Shown: piece by piece, positions 31,429-43,957 of the stretch
Layout of the letters: every line of letters starts with the position of its first letter
Numbering within the stretch: the stretch's first letter is position 1
Assembly (NCBI GenBank): GCA_037969395.1
Contig: JBBKXJ010000070.1
Span: forward strand, 3,935 to 67,934
Direction: 5' to 3'
Length of the DNA: 64,000 bases
From: Pseudomonadales bacterium
GTDB lineage: Bacteria > Pseudomonadota > Gammaproteobacteria > Pseudomonadales > JAUIET01
Position numbers and translations under genes: made by a program
The notes under the pieces: generated by a model
What the model saw: the letters and a program-made list of their open reading frames with translations, nothing else
The model's database searches: none
What the model was told of the DNA's origin: nothing

Positions 31429-32745
31429 TTATGAGTCGTCGCCTGTGCTGCGGAACTCAGCAGAACGCGCATGCGCGGTCAAGCCCTCGGCGCGCGCCAG
31501 CACTGACGCCGTTTGCGCCAGCGCGCGAGCACCCGCCGGTGAGCAATGGATAATGGAGCTGCGTTTTTGAAAATCATACACGCCCAACGGCGACGCAAAG
31601 CGCGCACTGCCGCCGGTGGGCAGAACATGGTTGCTGCCTGCACAGTAATCACCCAGGGCTTCCGGCGTGTGGCGCCCCATAAAAATTGCGCCGGCGTTGC
31701 GTGTGTCGTCCAGCAGCACGGTCGGGTCAGCCACTGAAAGCTCAAGATGCTCGGGCGCAATGCGATTGGCAAGCGCCACAGCTTCTGCCAGGTCGCGTAC
31801 TTTAATTAGCGCGCCACGGCGCGCCAGCGATTGCTCAATAACATCGCGGCGCTCCATCTCCGGCAGCAATTCAGCTATCGCCGCGTGCACCCTGGCTAGA
31901 TAGTCAGCATCCGGGCAGAGCAGAATTGACTGCGCCATCTCATCGTGCTCGGCCTGCGAAAACAGGTCCATTGCAATCCAGCGCGGATCGGTCTGGCCAT
32001 CGCAAATAATCAGTATCTCCGAAGGTCCCGCCAACATATCCAGCCCCACCCTGCCGTACACCTGTCGCTTCGCCTCGGCGACATACTGGTTGCCGGGGCC
32101 GACGATTTTATCGACCTTTGGTAACGTTGCAGTGCCGTACGCCAGTGCCGCAATCGCTTGAGCACCACCAATCCGATAAATACAATCGACGCCGGCGATG
32201 TGGGCCGCCGCCAGCAGTATCGGACTCACCTCCCCCTCTGGAGTCGGTACTACCATCACAATCTGTTCGACGCCTGCCACCTGAGCCGGCAGTGCGTTCA
32301 TCAATACGGACGAAGGGTACAGCGCTTTACCGCCCGGCACGTAGAGGCCTACGCGCTGTAGAGGCGTGATTTTCTGACCTAAAACAGTGCCGTCGGACTC
32401 GCTGAATTGCCAGGACGACTGCAGCTGCTGCTGGTGATAATGGCGAATGCGCTGCGCCGCATGCTGCAACGCTGCGGCTTGCTGCGGGCTGATCGCCAGC
32501 ATTGCGTCTTCTAATTGCGCGGCGTCGATTTGCAGATCACTTACCTTTTGCGGTTGCCAGCGATCAAACTGTCGGGTCAACTCCAGCAAAGTCTCGTCAC
32601 CGCCGTCACGCACGCGCGCAATAATGTCTGCCACGCGCTCACCAAGCGCCGCATCGGCCGCCGCTTCAACGCTCAGCAACTCCGTAAGGCGCTGCTGAAA
32701 ATCCGCCGTTCCGCTATCAAGTAAACGAATGCTGGCTTCAAGCAT
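31429..32745 (-). CDS. hisD: Histidinol dehydrogenase
   Basis: [36 protein letters not shown]. Confidence 0.98.
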   Translation of the reverse strand: MLEASIRLLDSGTADFQQRLTELLSVEAAADAALGERVADIIARVRDGGDETLLELTRQFDRWQPQKVSDLQIDAAQLEDAMLAISPQQAAALQHAAQRIRHYHQQQLQSSWQFSESDGTVLGQKITPLQRVGLYVPGGKALYPSSVLMNALPAQVAGVEQIVMVVPTPEGEVSPILLAAAHIAGVDCIYRIGGAQAIAALAYGTATLPKVDKIVGPGNQYVAEAKRQVYGRVGLDMLAGPSEILIICDGQTDPRWIAMDLFSQAEHDEMAQSILLCPDADYLARVHAAIAELLPEMERRDVIEQSLARRGALIKVRDLAEAVALANRIAPEHLELSVADPTVLLDDTRNAGAIFMGRHTPEALGDYCAGSNHVLPTGGSARFASPLGVYDFQKRSSIIHCSPAGARALAQTASVLARAEGLTAHARSAEFRSTGDDS

Positions 32746-32775
32746 ACTCTACCCCCTCACAGGCAGTATAACGAT

Positions 32776-33414
32776 TCACGCTGAAGCCACTGCGGCGCCT
32801 AACTGAGCGACTAACGCCTGAATCGCGCTATGTTTCATTTTCATTGCTGCTTTATTAACAATCAGCCGCGCACTCACCGGCGCAATCAGTTGCCGCTCTT
32901 GCAAGCCATTGGCTTTCAGGGTGTTACCGGTATCGACGATATCCACAATTTCGTCTGCCAACCCCACCAGCGGCGCCAGTTCCAACGCGCCGTATAGTGT
33001 AACGATGTCGGCATTGATGCCGTGCTCGGCATAATAGCGTTTCGCGATATTGACAAATTTGCTGGCAACAGTACGACGCTTACCGTGTGGCGCATCGCCT
33101 TGCAGGCCAGCTGTCATCAAGCGGCAGCCGGCGATTTTCAGGTCCAGCAGCTCATACAAATCGTCGCAGCCGTACTCAAGCAGCATGTCTTTGCCGGCAA
33201 CGCCGAGATCGGCGACGCCATGACGCACATACGTCGTTACATCCGCTCCGCGTAACACCAACAGACGCACAGACTCGATATTGGTTGCGAATATAAGCTT
33301 ACGCGAGGTGTTGATGTCGTCCTCGGGTTCAATGCCGGCGGTTGCCAGTAAGGGTAGTGTCTCTTTCAGGATGCGCCCCTTGGTTAGCGCGATAGTCAAA
33401 CTGGTACTCACCAT
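32776..33414 (-). CDS. hisG: ATP phosphoribosyltransferase, short form
   Basis: [21 protein letters not shown]; 212 aa (HisZ-dependent type). Confidence 0.96.
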   Translation of the reverse strand: MVSTSLTIALTKGRILKETLPLLATAGIEPEDDINTSRKLIFATNIESVRLLVLRGADVTTYVRHGVADLGVAGKDMLLEYGCDDLYELLDLKIAGCRLMTAGLQGDAPHGKRRTVASKFVNIAKRYYAEHGINADIVTLYGALELAPLVGLADEIVDIVDTGNTLKANGLQERQLIAPVSARLIVNKAAMKMKHSAIQALVAQLGAAVASA

Positions 33415-33426
33415 TTACCCTGCCAT

Positions 33427-34710
<1,284 letters not shown>

Positions 34711-34929
34711 TTACGGGGTAGAGGTTTTGATATTGACCGCGTGAATACGACCGTCGGCAATAAGATCGGCCAACGGCGCGTACACTAGCTGCTGGCATTT
34801 GACCGGGCTAAGGCCGGCAAATTGTGCGTCTACGACGCTGATATTGAAGTGGCCGCCTTGTTCACGAACCTCAACTTCGCCTGAGCTAAAGTGTTCGCGT
34901 ACTATTTGAGCAAGTTGTTCGCTGTGCAT
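34711..34929 (-). CDS. ibaG: BolA/IbaG family protein
   Basis: GGHF..VV..F, QQLVY, IHAV; directly upstream of murA. Confidence 0.85.
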   Translation of the reverse strand: MHSEQLAQIVREHFSSGEVEVREQGGHFNISVVDAQFAGLSPVKCQQLVYAPLADLIADGRIHAVNIKTSTP

Positions 34930-34985
34930 GATGGTATTTGAATAAAGGAAAATTTGGCGCGCATTCTAGCAGTGCGCGCCGATGG

Positions 34986-35657
34986 CTAGCTACTGACATC
35001 TTTCGCAGTAACTACCCAATTATCAATCACCTTGCCGATGTCGCCGTTATAGCGCTGCGCGGCGGCCGCGAATTGGCTACGATAGACCTTGCCAAGATTA
35101 ACGGTCTGGATGGTGACATTACGTACCTTCCACTCCTGTTTATTGTTCTGCCGCATTTTGTATCTGATCACCACCGGCTTGTTGCCTTCATCAACAATAT
35201 GCTGTTTCACCACCACACTCTGGCCCGCTAACGGCGCCGACGGCAGCGGTTCAACTTCAATGGTCTGACCCTTGAAGGTCATCATCCCTTTCGCATAAGT
35301 GCTAAGCAGGCCTTCACGAAAGCGCTCTTTAAAGCGAGTGACATGGGTGCGAAACTGCTCGCGCTCGGCGTCAGATTTAAGCGCCATATATTGCCGCTTG
35401 CTGCCGTACGAGCCCATTACGCCGCGCGCGAAGCTGTTGAAATCGACTAGTGGCGAAATAATGCGGTCTATTTCCGCCGTAAACTTGTCGGGATCTTTAG
35501 CGTAGTAGGAGCGCGCTGCTTCGACAGCGCTAACCAGTTCAACGGTAGCTTCCTTGATCACTGCATCGGGTGCTGCAGCGGTCGCGGCAATAGCCTGCGA
35601 TAATCCCGCGACTGACAGCAACCCCATTAACAAAATGCGATTAAAATAACGACGCAT
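34986..35657 (-). CDS. mlaC: MlaC/Ttg2D-family periplasmic lipid shuttle
   Basis: Signal peptide, VDF..FARGVMG, WKVRNVTIQTVNLGKVYRSQF. ATG 35657 with AGGAG RBS. Confidence 0.85.
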   Translation of the reverse strand: MRRYFNRILLMGLLSVAGLSQAIAATAAAPDAVIKEATVELVSAVEAARSYYAKDPDKFTAEIDRIISPLVDFNSFARGVMGSYGSKRQYMALKSDAEREQFRTHVTRFKERFREGLLSTYAKGMMTFKGQTIEVEPLPSAPLAGQSVVVKQHIVDEGNKPVVIRYKMRQNNKQEWKVRNVTIQTVNLGKVYRSQFAAAAQRYNGDIGKVIDNWVVTAKDVSS

Positions 35658-35777
35658 TAGACATCTCCTTTTCGTTCGACGGTTAAATGTAACCAATTTT
35701 CTTTCCCAATGAAAGTAAGGCCACTGTTGCTTCATAGTAGCTCCAAAATCTTTATTTATAACACCAGTCTAGTTCCT

Positions 35778-35807
35778 ATGACATTAAAAAAACCTGAATG
35801 TTATAAT
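35778..35807 (+). promoter_or_regulatory. Promoter of the yrbG-kdsDC-lpt operon
   Basis: ATGACA-N18-TATAAT with extended -10 TG. Confidence 0.6.
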
Positions 35808-35839
35808 TTTTCGCTATATTCCCTGGTTGCCTACTCTCC

Positions 35840-36787
35840 ATGCTAACTGCTGTACTCGCGCTCATCGCCGGTTTTATCGGCTTAATTTGGAGTGCCGATA
35901 AATTTGTCGCCGGTGCTGCAGTCAGCGCCCGCAAACTGGGAATGTCCACCTTTATGATAGGGCTGACCGTGGTGGCGTTTGGCACCTCGGCACCGGAATT
36001 ACTAGTGGCGTTTAGCGCCGCAATGGACAACGCCAGTGGACTCGCGGTCGGCAATGCGCTGGGCTCTAATCTGGCCAATATCGGCCTGGTGCTGGCCGTT
36101 ACAGCGTTAATTTCTCGTATTCCTATTTCGAAAGGCTTACTGCGCAACGAATTACCGATTGTGCTGGCGGTCACTGCATTAGCCGGCTATTGCTTATACG
36201 ATAACAATTTGAGCCGTAGTGATGGTGTGGTACTTGCAGTCGCGCTGGTGCTGACGCTGGTGTGGATGGTCAAAGGACCGAAAGCAGAGACGGCGGTAGT
36301 CGAAACCGAGATTCCCGGCGTTGAAGACCGATTAATGTGGGTTTATCTTATCGGTGGCCTGCTGCTGCTGATGGTCAGTTCGGAGTTGCTGGTTTATGGT
36401 GCCAAAGAGCTGGCGCTCATGTTGGGTGTGAGCCAATTGGTTATCGGCCTTACCGTGGTCGCCGTTGGCACCAGTTTGCCGGAACTTGCAGCAGCGGTGA
36501 TGAGCGCCATACGCGGCCATCACGACATGGCGCTTGGCAACGTCATGGGTTCAAATATCTTTAATATACTGGCGGTGATGGCGGTGCCTGGCATAATTGC
36601 GCCGGTACAGTTTTCAGCAGAGATTTTCACGCGCGATTATCTGGCTATGGCGGGCATCACCGTTTTGTTGGCGTTGATACTATATATTGATGCATTCGTG
36701 CGTAAGCAGCCACGGCTCGGCAAACTGGCCGCCGGCATACTATTGTCCTGCTATGCCACATATTATTATTTCCTGTTTCGACATTGA
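35840..36787 (+). CDS. yrbG: Ca2+/Na+ antiporter (YrbG family)
   Basis: Two alpha repeats: GTSAPE/GSNLAN and GTSLPE/GSNIFN. Confidence 0.95.
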   Translation: MLTAVLALIAGFIGLIWSADKFVAGAAVSARKLGMSTFMIGLTVVAFGTSAPELLVAFSAAMDNASGLAVGNALGSNLANIGLVLAVTALISRIPISKGLLRNELPIVLAVTALAGYCLYDNNLSRSDGVVLAVALVLTLVWMVKGPKAETAVVETEIPGVEDRLMWVYLIGGLLLLMVSSELLVYGAKELALMLGVSQLVIGLTVVAVGTSLPELAAAVMSAIRGHHDMALGNVMGSNIFNILAVMAVPGIIAPVQFSAEIFTRDYLAMAGITVLLALILYIDAFVRKQPRLGKLAAGILLSCYATYYYFLFRH

Positions 36788-36820
36788 CGCTAACCCCTAT
36801 CTTAATCTTAAAATTGCAGC

Positions 36821-37792
36821 ATGGTTAAAAATACGTTTATTGAAGTAGGCCGCCGCACCGTGCGCATGGAAGCCGAGGCGGTTGCTAGCCTGGTTGACCG
36901 CATCGACGCAAGCTTTGGCGAGGCTTGCGAGATTCTGCTGCGCTGCGAAGGCCGCATTGTGGTATCTGGTATGGGTAAATCCGGGCATATTGCCAATAAG
37001 ATCGCTGCCACATTGGCCAGCACCGGCAGTCCTGCGTTTTTTGTGCACCCGGCCGAGGCAAGCCACGGCGACATGGGTATGATTACCAAACAAGATGTGG
37101 TTATCGCCTTATCTAATTCTGGCAACACCGCCGAGATAACCGCTATATTGCCGCTTTTGAAGCGCCAGTCGGTGCCGTTAATCAGCCTCTGCGGCAATTC
37201 CAACTCGACATTGGCCGAACACGCCGATGTCAATCTCGATGTCGGTGTCGCTGTTGAAGCCTGCCCGCTTGATCTGGCCCCGACATCAAGCACCACGGTA
37301 AGCCTGGTGATGGGTGACGCGCTTGCCATTGCCCTGCTGGAGGCGCGTGGCTTTACCGCCGAAGACTTCGCCTATTCACATCCTGGCGGCACGCTGGGCA
37401 AACGCCTGCTGCTAAAAGTTGACGATGTGATGCGCCGCGACCAAGCCGTGCCAACGGTTGATAGCGAAACGGTGCTAAAAAATGCGCTGCTGGAAATGAG
37501 CGCCAAGGGACTGGGCATGACCACGGTGGTTGACGCTAAACGGCGGCTACTCGGTATTTTCACCGACGGGGATCTGCGCCGCGCACTCGACGACGATGTC
37601 GATTTTCAGCGCACAGTGATCAGTGCCATAATGTCTACCAAGGTCAAAACCATTGCGGCGCAGGCGCTGGCCGCAGAAGCGCTGTCAATTATGGAAGAAT
37701 ACAATATCACCGTCATTGTGGTCGTTAATAATGACTCACAGCCAGTCGGCGTGGTACATATGCATGACTTACTCAAAGCGGGTTTGGCTTGA
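36821..37792 (+). CDS. kdsD: Arabinose-5-phosphate isomerase
   Basis: GMGKSGH, EASHGDMG, SIS domain plus CBS pair. Confidence 0.96.
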   Translation: MVKNTFIEVGRRTVRMEAEAVASLVDRIDASFGEACEILLRCEGRIVVSGMGKSGHIANKIAATLASTGSPAFFVHPAEASHGDMGMITKQDVVIALSNSGNTAEITAILPLLKRQSVPLISLCGNSNSTLAEHADVNLDVGVAVEACPLDLAPTSSTTVSLVMGDALAIALLEARGFTAEDFAYSHPGGTLGKRLLLKVDDVMRRDQAVPTVDSETVLKNALLEMSAKGLGMTTVVDAKRRLLGIFTDGDLRRALDDDVDFQRTVISAIMSTKVKTIAAQALAAEALSIMEEYNITVIVVVNNDSQPVGVVHMHDLLKAGLA

Positions 37793-38331
37793 ATCAGGCG
37801 CAATTGAAAAGAACTAGCCAACTGGCAGCAAACGTGCGTTTGCTGATACTTGACGTTGACGGAGTGATGACCGACGGCAAACTGTATTTCAGTGCCAGCG
37901 GCGACACTATGAAAACCTTTCATACGCAGGACGGTCAGGGCATCAAGCTGCTGCGTGACAGCGGTATTGCGGTCGGCATTATTACCGGGCGAAAATCAGA
38001 GATTGTTGCGCAACGCGCTGCCGAGCTTGGGCTGGACCACGTGCTGCAAGGCCGCGAAGACAAATTGCAAGCCTTGCAGGAGCTGCTTAGCGGCACCAGT
38101 CATAGTCTTGCAGATACCGCTTATATGGGTGACGACCTGCCCGACCTGGCGGCAATACAAGCCGCGGGCCTTGGCGTTGCGGTGTGCAATGCCAGTGCGG
38201 TTGTTCGGCAACACGCCGACTTCGTCACTAAGGCCAGCGGCGGCAACGGCGCGGTGCGTGAAGTCTGCGAGCTGATCATGCAGGCGCAAAACACTTTTGA
38301 GCGGCAGCTTGCAGCGTATTTTTTGCCATGA
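37789..38331 (+). CDS. kdsC: KDO 8-phosphate phosphatase
   Basis: DVDGVMTDG, GDDLPD, GAVRE. Confidence 0.96.
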   Translation: MNQAQLKRTSQLAANVRLLILDVDGVMTDGKLYFSASGDTMKTFHTQDGQGIKLLRDSGIAVGIITGRKSEIVAQRAAELGLDHVLQGREDKLQALQELLSGTSHSLADTAYMGDDLPDLAAIQAAGLGVAVCNASAVVRQHADFVTKASGGNGAVREVCELIMQAQNTFERQLAAYFLP

Positions 38332-38906
38332 AGCTGGCGCGACTGGCAACTTCAAAACGCGTTCATGCCACGCTTGCTTTGATCATTGTTTTTGTCAGCG
38401 TGCGCGTTTTGGAGCGCAACGATGACAGCACACTTAACGTTAACGAAGTCGCCAGAAATCAAGTCGCCGACAATTACTCGACCGATATCACCGCCCTGCA
38501 GTTTAATGAAGCCGGCGAGTTGCAATACCATTTGCATGCCGACCGCGCAGCACACTATTTACATACCGACATCGCATTGGTACAGCGCCCGGTACTGCTA
38601 AGCTATGCTGACGACGGTGCGGTGTGGCGTTCGGTCGCCGGGCATGGCAAGGTGAGACCCGGCGGCAATATTATTGACCTGTGGGACAACGTCGTTATCC
38701 GTCGCACCGATGACAGCGCCGAAATAGCAACCGACGATGTCACCTTCGATACGCTGAATGGCGAGGCAGATACCACGGCTGCGGTGACAATTACAACGCC
38801 GACCAGCCAATTACAAGGCAACGGCATGCATGCCAACATCGACACGGAAACCGTTAACTTGTTAAACAATGTGAGAGGAACCTATGGATTACGTGCGCCG
38901 CAATAA
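38328..38906 (+). CDS. lptC: LPS export protein LptC
   Basis: N-terminal TM and beta-rich domain; lies between kdsC and lptA. Confidence 0.88.
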   Translation: MKLARLATSKRVHATLALIIVFVSVRVLERNDDSTLNVNEVARNQVADNYSTDITALQFNEAGELQYHLHADRAAHYLHTDIALVQRPVLLSYADDGAVWRSVAGHGKVRPGGNIIDLWDNVVIRRTDDSAEIATDDVTFDTLNGEADTTAAVTITTPTSQLQGNGMHANIDTETVNLLNNVRGTYGLRAPQ

Positions 38907-39420
38907 GTCAGGCGTATTATTGTGTCTCGCTGTCTGGCTGACACTGCCGACGGTTTGCCTGGCGCTGCCGGACGATGAACTGCAGCCTATAAAAATCAAG
39001 ACCGACACATCGGAACGCGATGAGAAAAAGGGCATAACGACCTTCACCGGCAATGTCACTATTGACCAGGGCAGCCTGCACATCGACGCCGATAAAGTCG
39101 TTATTTACGGCATTGATGAGATTTCCAAAATTGTGGCCACCGGCAAACCGGCAAAACTGCAGCAGCAGCCGGAGCCTGACAAGCAGGTTGTGCACGCGCA
39201 TGGGAATACCATTGAATATTTACTCGTAGAAGATCGTGTGCATCTGATCGACAACGCCTATGTTGAGCAAGAGGGCTCGACCGTCCGCGGCGCGCGTATT
39301 AACTACGACATTGCAAAACAGCTGGTGAAAGCTGATAGCAACTCAGCCGACGGCCGAGTACAAATGGTCATACCGCCAAAGAAAAAGACCGCCAAACCAA
39401 ACCAGGACACGCAGCAATAA
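38884..39420 (+). CDS. lptA: LPS transport protein LptA
   Basis: Signal peptide, [25 protein letters not shown]. Confidence 0.93.
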   Translation: MDYVRRNKSGVLLCLAVWLTLPTVCLALPDDELQPIKIKTDTSERDEKKGITTFTGNVTIDQGSLHIDADKVVIYGIDEISKIVATGKPAKLQQQPEPDKQVVHAHGNTIEYLLVEDRVHLIDNAYVEQEGSTVRGARINYDIAKQLVKADSNSADGRVQMVIPPKKKTAKPNQDTQQ

Positions 39421-40145
39421 TGGCACTGCTACAAGCGCTTAATCTGGCAAAATCCTACAAAGGCAGACAGGTTGTTAAGGACGTATCGCTGCAGGTTAAC
39501 AGCGGCGACATAGTCGGCTTATTAGGACCCAATGGGGCTGGCAAAACCACCTGTTTTTATATGGTAGTCGGCATTATTCGCGCCGAAAAAGGCCACATAA
39601 AAATAGATGACACCGACCTCACACCGCTGCCCATGCATAAACGTTCACAGCGAGGGCTGGGCTATTTGCCGCAGGAAGCCTCGGTATTTCGCAAACTCAG
39701 CGTGGAAAACAATATTCGCGCCATCCTCCAGACTCGCAAAGATATCAACCGCAGTGAGCGCGCTGACAAGCTCGAACAATTGTTGGACGAATTCCACATT
39801 ACCCACATTCGCAAAAGTCTGGGCATGGCGTTGTCAGGTGGCGAGCGGCGGCGCGTTGAGATTGCGCGCGCGCTGGCAACGGAACCCGCCTTTATACTAC
39901 TCGACGAACCTTTCGCCGGCGTCGACCCGATATCGGTGAGTGATATCAAACAGATCATCATCCAACTGAAACAAAAAGGCATCGGCGTGCTTATTACTGA
40001 TCACAATGTACGCGACACACTGGATATCTGCGAGAATGCCTATATCGTTAGTGAAGGTATTATTATCGCCGAAGGCAATGCGGCGGCAATTTTAAGCCAC
40101 CCCAAAGTCAAGGAAGTGTATCTGGGTCAGCAATTTCAGCTATGA
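39420..40145 (+). CDS. lptB: LPS export ABC ATPase
   Basis: [30 protein letters not shown]. Confidence 0.98.
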   Translation: MALLQALNLAKSYKGRQVVKDVSLQVNSGDIVGLLGPNGAGKTTCFYMVVGIIRAEKGHIKIDDTDLTPLPMHKRSQRGLGYLPQEASVFRKLSVENNIRAILQTRKDINRSERADKLEQLLDEFHITHIRKSLGMALSGGERRRVEIARALATEPAFILLDEPFAGVDPISVSDIKQIIIQLKQKGIGVLITDHNVRDTLDICENAYIVSEGIIIAEGNAAAILSHPKVKEVYLGQQFQL

Positions 40146-40239
40146 TCACACTGAGCTGCGGCAACATTGCCTGCATGGCGACTCGCAGCTAAACTTAAGT
40201 AAAGGAGCGTTAGATTTTGAGAACATCAATTTCCCTGCT

Positions 40240-41742
40240 ATGAAGCAATCCTTACAGCTTAAGCTCGGCCAATCACTGACCATGACACCGCAGCTGCAGC
40301 AGGCAATCCGTCTGTTGCAGTTATCCACCCTCGATTTACAAACCGAAATTCAACAGGCATTGGACTCTAATCCTATGCTTGAAACAACCGACGACGACGA
40401 CACCAACGCCACCAACAGTGACGCCGAGCCGGCAGACGCAACCGCCAGTAAAGACTCCGCTGACGATGTCGCCGCCACCACAGGCACCATTGACGATGCT
40501 GCCGTCGCAGCCGATAACTCAGACGACTGGTCGAACGAAATACCTGACGACGTGGCAGTGGAAAGCAATTGGGAAGACACTTATCCCACCACAGCACCCA
40601 GCAGCGCCGGTAGTGCCGACAACGATTTTGATTTTGACTCGCGTAACAGCCGCGAGGAAACCCTGCACGACCACTTGATGTGGCAGCTTAATCTAACCTC
40701 CATGTCGGATACCGATCGCATCATTGCAATTGCCATCATAGACGCGGTTGATGATAACGGCATGCTCGACACAACGGTTGAAGATTTACACGGCAGTTTC
40801 GTCAACGAGCTGGAAATTGAGCTGGACGAAGTGCAAGCCGTTTTGCATCGCGTGCAGCAATTCGACCCTGCCGGTGTTGCGACCTGTAATTTGCAGGAAT
40901 GCCTTACCGTGCAATTGTTGCAGTTGCCGGAGGATACGCCCTGGTTGGCAGAAGCGGTTGGCGTAATCGGTCACTTTATGCACTTGTTGGGCAGTCGCGA
41001 CTATGCCCAGCTGATGCGCCGCACCCGCTTGAAGGAAGAGCAGCTAAAGCACACCATCGACTTGATTCAAACCCTGAACCCTCGCCCCGGTGACAGCGTT
41101 GCCATAAATAACACGGAATATGTAGTACCCGACGTATTTGTCAGAAAAGTGAACAACCGCTGGCTGGTCGACCTCAACCCGGACGTTGCACCCAAGCTGC
41201 GCATCAACGCCGACTACGCCTCAATGGTGAAACGCGCCGACAACAGCGCCGACAATAACTATCTGAAAGACAATCTGCAGGAAGCGCGCTGGTTTCTGAA
41301 AAGCCTGCAAAGCCGTAATGAAACGTTGATGAAAGTAGCGACCTGCATTGTCGAGCATCAGCTGAATTTCTTCGAATACGGTGACGAGGCGATGAAACCG
41401 ATGGTGCTAGCCGATATTGCCGCCGATGTAGAAATGCATGAATCGACCATATCGCGCGTCACCACCCGTAAGTATATGCACACGCCGCGCGGCATCTATG
41501 AATTGAAGTATTTTTTCTCCAGCCATGTGAGCACAAGTTCGGGCGGAGAATGTTCCTCTATTGCGATTCGCGCATTGATCAAAAAGCTGGTCGCGGCTGA
41601 AAATCCGCGCAAGCCGCTCAGCGACAACAAAATTACCAATGTGCTTGCTGAGCAAGGCATAGAAGTCGCGCGCCGCACTATCGCCAAATATCGCGAAGCG
41701 TTACAGATTCCACCTTCTAACGAAAGGAAACGTCTGGTTTGA
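40240..41742 (+). CDS. rpoN: RNA polymerase sigma-54
   Basis: [20 protein letters not shown], RpoN box [10 protein letters not shown]. Confidence 0.98.
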   Translation: MKQSLQLKLGQSLTMTPQLQQAIRLLQLSTLDLQTEIQQALDSNPMLETTDDDDTNATNSDAEPADATASKDSADDVAATTGTIDDAAVAADNSDDWSNEIPDDVAVESNWEDTYPTTAPSSAGSADNDFDFDSRNSREETLHDHLMWQLNLTSMSDTDRIIAIAIIDAVDDNGMLDTTVEDLHGSFVNELEIELDEVQAVLHRVQQFDPAGVATCNLQECLTVQLLQLPEDTPWLAEAVGVIGHFMHLLGSRDYAQLMRRTRLKEEQLKHTIDLIQTLNPRPGDSVAINNTEYVVPDVFVRKVNNRWLVDLNPDVAPKLRINADYASMVKRADNSADNNYLKDNLQEARWFLKSLQSRNETLMKVATCIVEHQLNFFEYGDEAMKPMVLADIAADVEMHESTISRVTTRKYMHTPRGIYELKYFFSSHVSTSSGGECSSIAIRALIKKLVAAENPRKPLSDNKITNVLAEQGIEVARRTIAKYREALQIPPSNERKRLV

Positions 41743-41812
41743 ACAAGTTACTCGAACCAGGCCGCACAACGCAGACACATTGTCTGTTTACTCAACCAAA
41801 GAGGGCTGTTTT

Positions 41813-42163
41813 ATGCGCACACAAATAAGCGGGCACCATGTTGACGTCACCCCGGCGTTACGGGATTATGTTAACAACAAACTGGAGCGTCTCGAGCGCC
41901 ACTTCGACAATATCACCCAAACCCAGGTAACGTTGAGTGTTGAAAAAATACGCCAAAAAGCCGAAGCCATCGTTCACGTTTCAGGGGCAGATATTTTCGC
42001 GGCTTCTGAATCGGCCGACATGTATGCCGCTATAGACACACTTGCTGACAAGCTGGACCGTCAGATAATCAAGCACAAGGAGAAACTCAAAAGCCACAAA
42101 GTCGGTAACGGCAACGGCAACGGTAGTGGCGTGCCGATAATTGATGATGAACTCCCTGAATAA
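41813..42163 (+). CDS. hpf: Ribosome hibernation promoting factor
   Basis: ISGHHVDVTPAL, DMYAAID..KLDRQ. ATG at 41813. Confidence 0.95.
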   Translation: MRTQISGHHVDVTPALRDYVNNKLERLERHFDNITQTQVTLSVEKIRQKAEAIVHVSGADIFAASESADMYAAIDTLADKLDRQIIKHKEKLKSHKVGNGNGNGSGVPIIDDELPE

Positions 42164-42180
42164 CAACCGCAGTTGTAAGT

Positions 42181-42642
42181 ATGTTCTCGATTGAATCAAT
42201 ACTTTCACCCCGTCGCACTCTCTGTAGTGCGCCGGGCGTTTCAAAAAAGCGCGTGCTTGAAAACATAGCCAGCGTGATTTGCGCTGACCAACTCCAATTC
42301 AACTCACAACAGATTTTTGACGCTTTGCTGGCCCGCGAAAAGCTTGGCAGCACGGCGCTGGGCGCCGGCATTGCTATTCCACATTGCCGCTTGAACGCCT
42401 GCGATAACTGTTACGGAACACTCATTACTCTAGCCGACGACGGCGTAGATTTTGACGCCATCGACACTATCCCGGTAGACGTGTTATTCGTGCTGCTGGT
42501 GCCCGAAGCTGCGAGCGACGAGCATTTACAGATATTAGCCGAGTTGGCTCGCCGCTTCAGCGACCCCAAATATTGCGCTGGTTTGCGCGCAGCGGAAAAC
42601 GCCGAAGCGTTATATAGTGCGGCCACAAGCCATGACAACTGA
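42181..42642 (+). CDS. ptsN: PTS EIIA-Ntr
   Basis: SKKR, REKLGST, GIAIPH. Confidence 0.95.
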   Translation: MFSIESILSPRRTLCSAPGVSKKRVLENIASVICADQLQFNSQQIFDALLAREKLGSTALGAGIAIPHCRLNACDNCYGTLITLADDGVDFDAIDTIPVDVLFVLLVPEAASDEHLQILAELARRFSDPKYCAGLRAAENAEALYSAATSHDN

Positions 42643-42742
42643 GGCACGTTCTATTAGTGCTTGATCCATTGCATAAGAGTCAGTAACTTAAGCACCGTCA
42701 CCGCAACGCATTTTTTCCGCGCTTTCAACATGAGGGTAAGCG

Positions 42743-43636
42743 ATGCCAGAACCATCAGTCGAACCCGGTCAACTAGCGATTATCAGCGGTCGTTCCGGTT
42801 CGGGAAAAAGTACCGCACTGCACGTGTTGGAAGACGCCGGCTACTATTGCATCGACAATTTACCGGCTGGGCTGCTGCCCGAGCTGGTACAGCAAACCTT
42901 GATGAGCGAAGCGCCCGAATATCACGCTGTGGCCGTTTGTATTGACGCACGCAATGTGTCTGCTGACCTTTCCAGGTTTGCAACTATGCTGCAAGGTCTG
43001 CCGCCAGGAATTAAGTCCAACATCATCTATCTCGACGCCAACAGCGATGAACTCATCAAGCGCTTTAGCGAAACCCGCCGCAAGCATCCGCTCAGTAACC
43101 GCTTCATTGCGCTGAAAGAAGCCATTGAGGCTGAACGCGAATTGCTGGCACCGATTGCCGATGCATCCACATTGGTAATCGACACCAGCCAAATGAACAT
43201 CTACGAATTGCGCGACATCATCAGATCGCGCGTGGTCGGAAATAGCGCTGATTCGCTCGCTATACTGTTTCAATCATTCGGCTTCAAACGTGGCTTACCC
43301 AATAACATTGACATCGTCTATGACGTACGTTGCTTGCCCAATCCTTATTGGCGCAAGGATCTTCGCTCCCAGAGCGGGCTGGATGACGATGTTGTCGCTT
43401 TTTTGGACGAACAGGACGATGTAAACGAAATGTTCCACGACCTGCGCAGTTATCTGGAAAAGTGGTTGCCTGCATTTGAGCTCAACAACCGCGCCTACAT
43501 GACTATTGGCATAGGTTGCACCGGCGGCCAACATCGCTCGGTGTATATGAGCCAGCGTTTGAAAAACCATTTCGCCACCAGGTACAGCAACGTGCAGGTG
43601 CGCCACCGCGAACTGCAGCTGCCTGTCAGCGCCTGA
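42743..43636 (+). CDS. rapZ: RNase adaptor RapZ
   Basis: GRSGSGKS, SFGFK, GCTGGQHRSV. Confidence 0.96.
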   Translation: MPEPSVEPGQLAIISGRSGSGKSTALHVLEDAGYYCIDNLPAGLLPELVQQTLMSEAPEYHAVAVCIDARNVSADLSRFATMLQGLPPGIKSNIIYLDANSDELIKRFSETRRKHPLSNRFIALKEAIEAERELLAPIADASTLVIDTSQMNIYELRDIIRSRVVGNSADSLAILFQSFGFKRGLPNNIDIVYDVRCLPNPYWRKDLRSQSGLDDDVVAFLDEQDDVNEMFHDLRSYLEKWLPAFELNNRAYMTIGIGCTGGQHRSVYMSQRLKNHFATRYSNVQVRHRELQLPVSA

Positions 43637-43661
43637 TTCAGCGTGAATAGTTAAACAAGAC

Positions 43662-43931
43662 ATGCTTATTGCTCACATTGAGATCGTCAATAAACTCGGC
43701 CTGCACGCACGAGCGGCCGCAAAATTTGTCTCCACAACCGGCGCATTCGGCTGTGATATACATGTCATTAAAAACGGCACGCCGGTAGATGGCAAAAGCA
43801 TTATGGGCGTCATGATGCTGGCCGCAACGACAGGCACCGTACTAGAGTTACGCTTCAATGGCGACGATGAACACGAAGCCCTGCACGCAGTCAACACATT
43901 AATAGCCAACCGCTTTGACGAAAGTGAATAG
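43662..43931 (+). CDS. npr: Phosphocarrier NPr/HPr
   Basis: GLHARAAA, KSIMGVMML. Confidence 0.93.
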   Translation: MLIAHIEIVNKLGLHARAAAKFVSTTGAFGCDIHVIKNGTPVDGKSIMGVMMLAATTGTVLELRFNGDDEHEALHAVNTLIANRFDESE

Positions 43932-43957
43932 TAAGACCCATAAAACAATAAATCGTA

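Noticed and set aside
31429-33414. Short HisG and no hisC after hisD
   Set aside because: Short HisZ-dependent HisG is standard outside enterics, and hisC position is variable; too weak to report.
41667-41700. RpoN box [10 protein letters not shown] (I for V)
   Set aside because: A conservative substitution, with the rest of sigma-54 intact.
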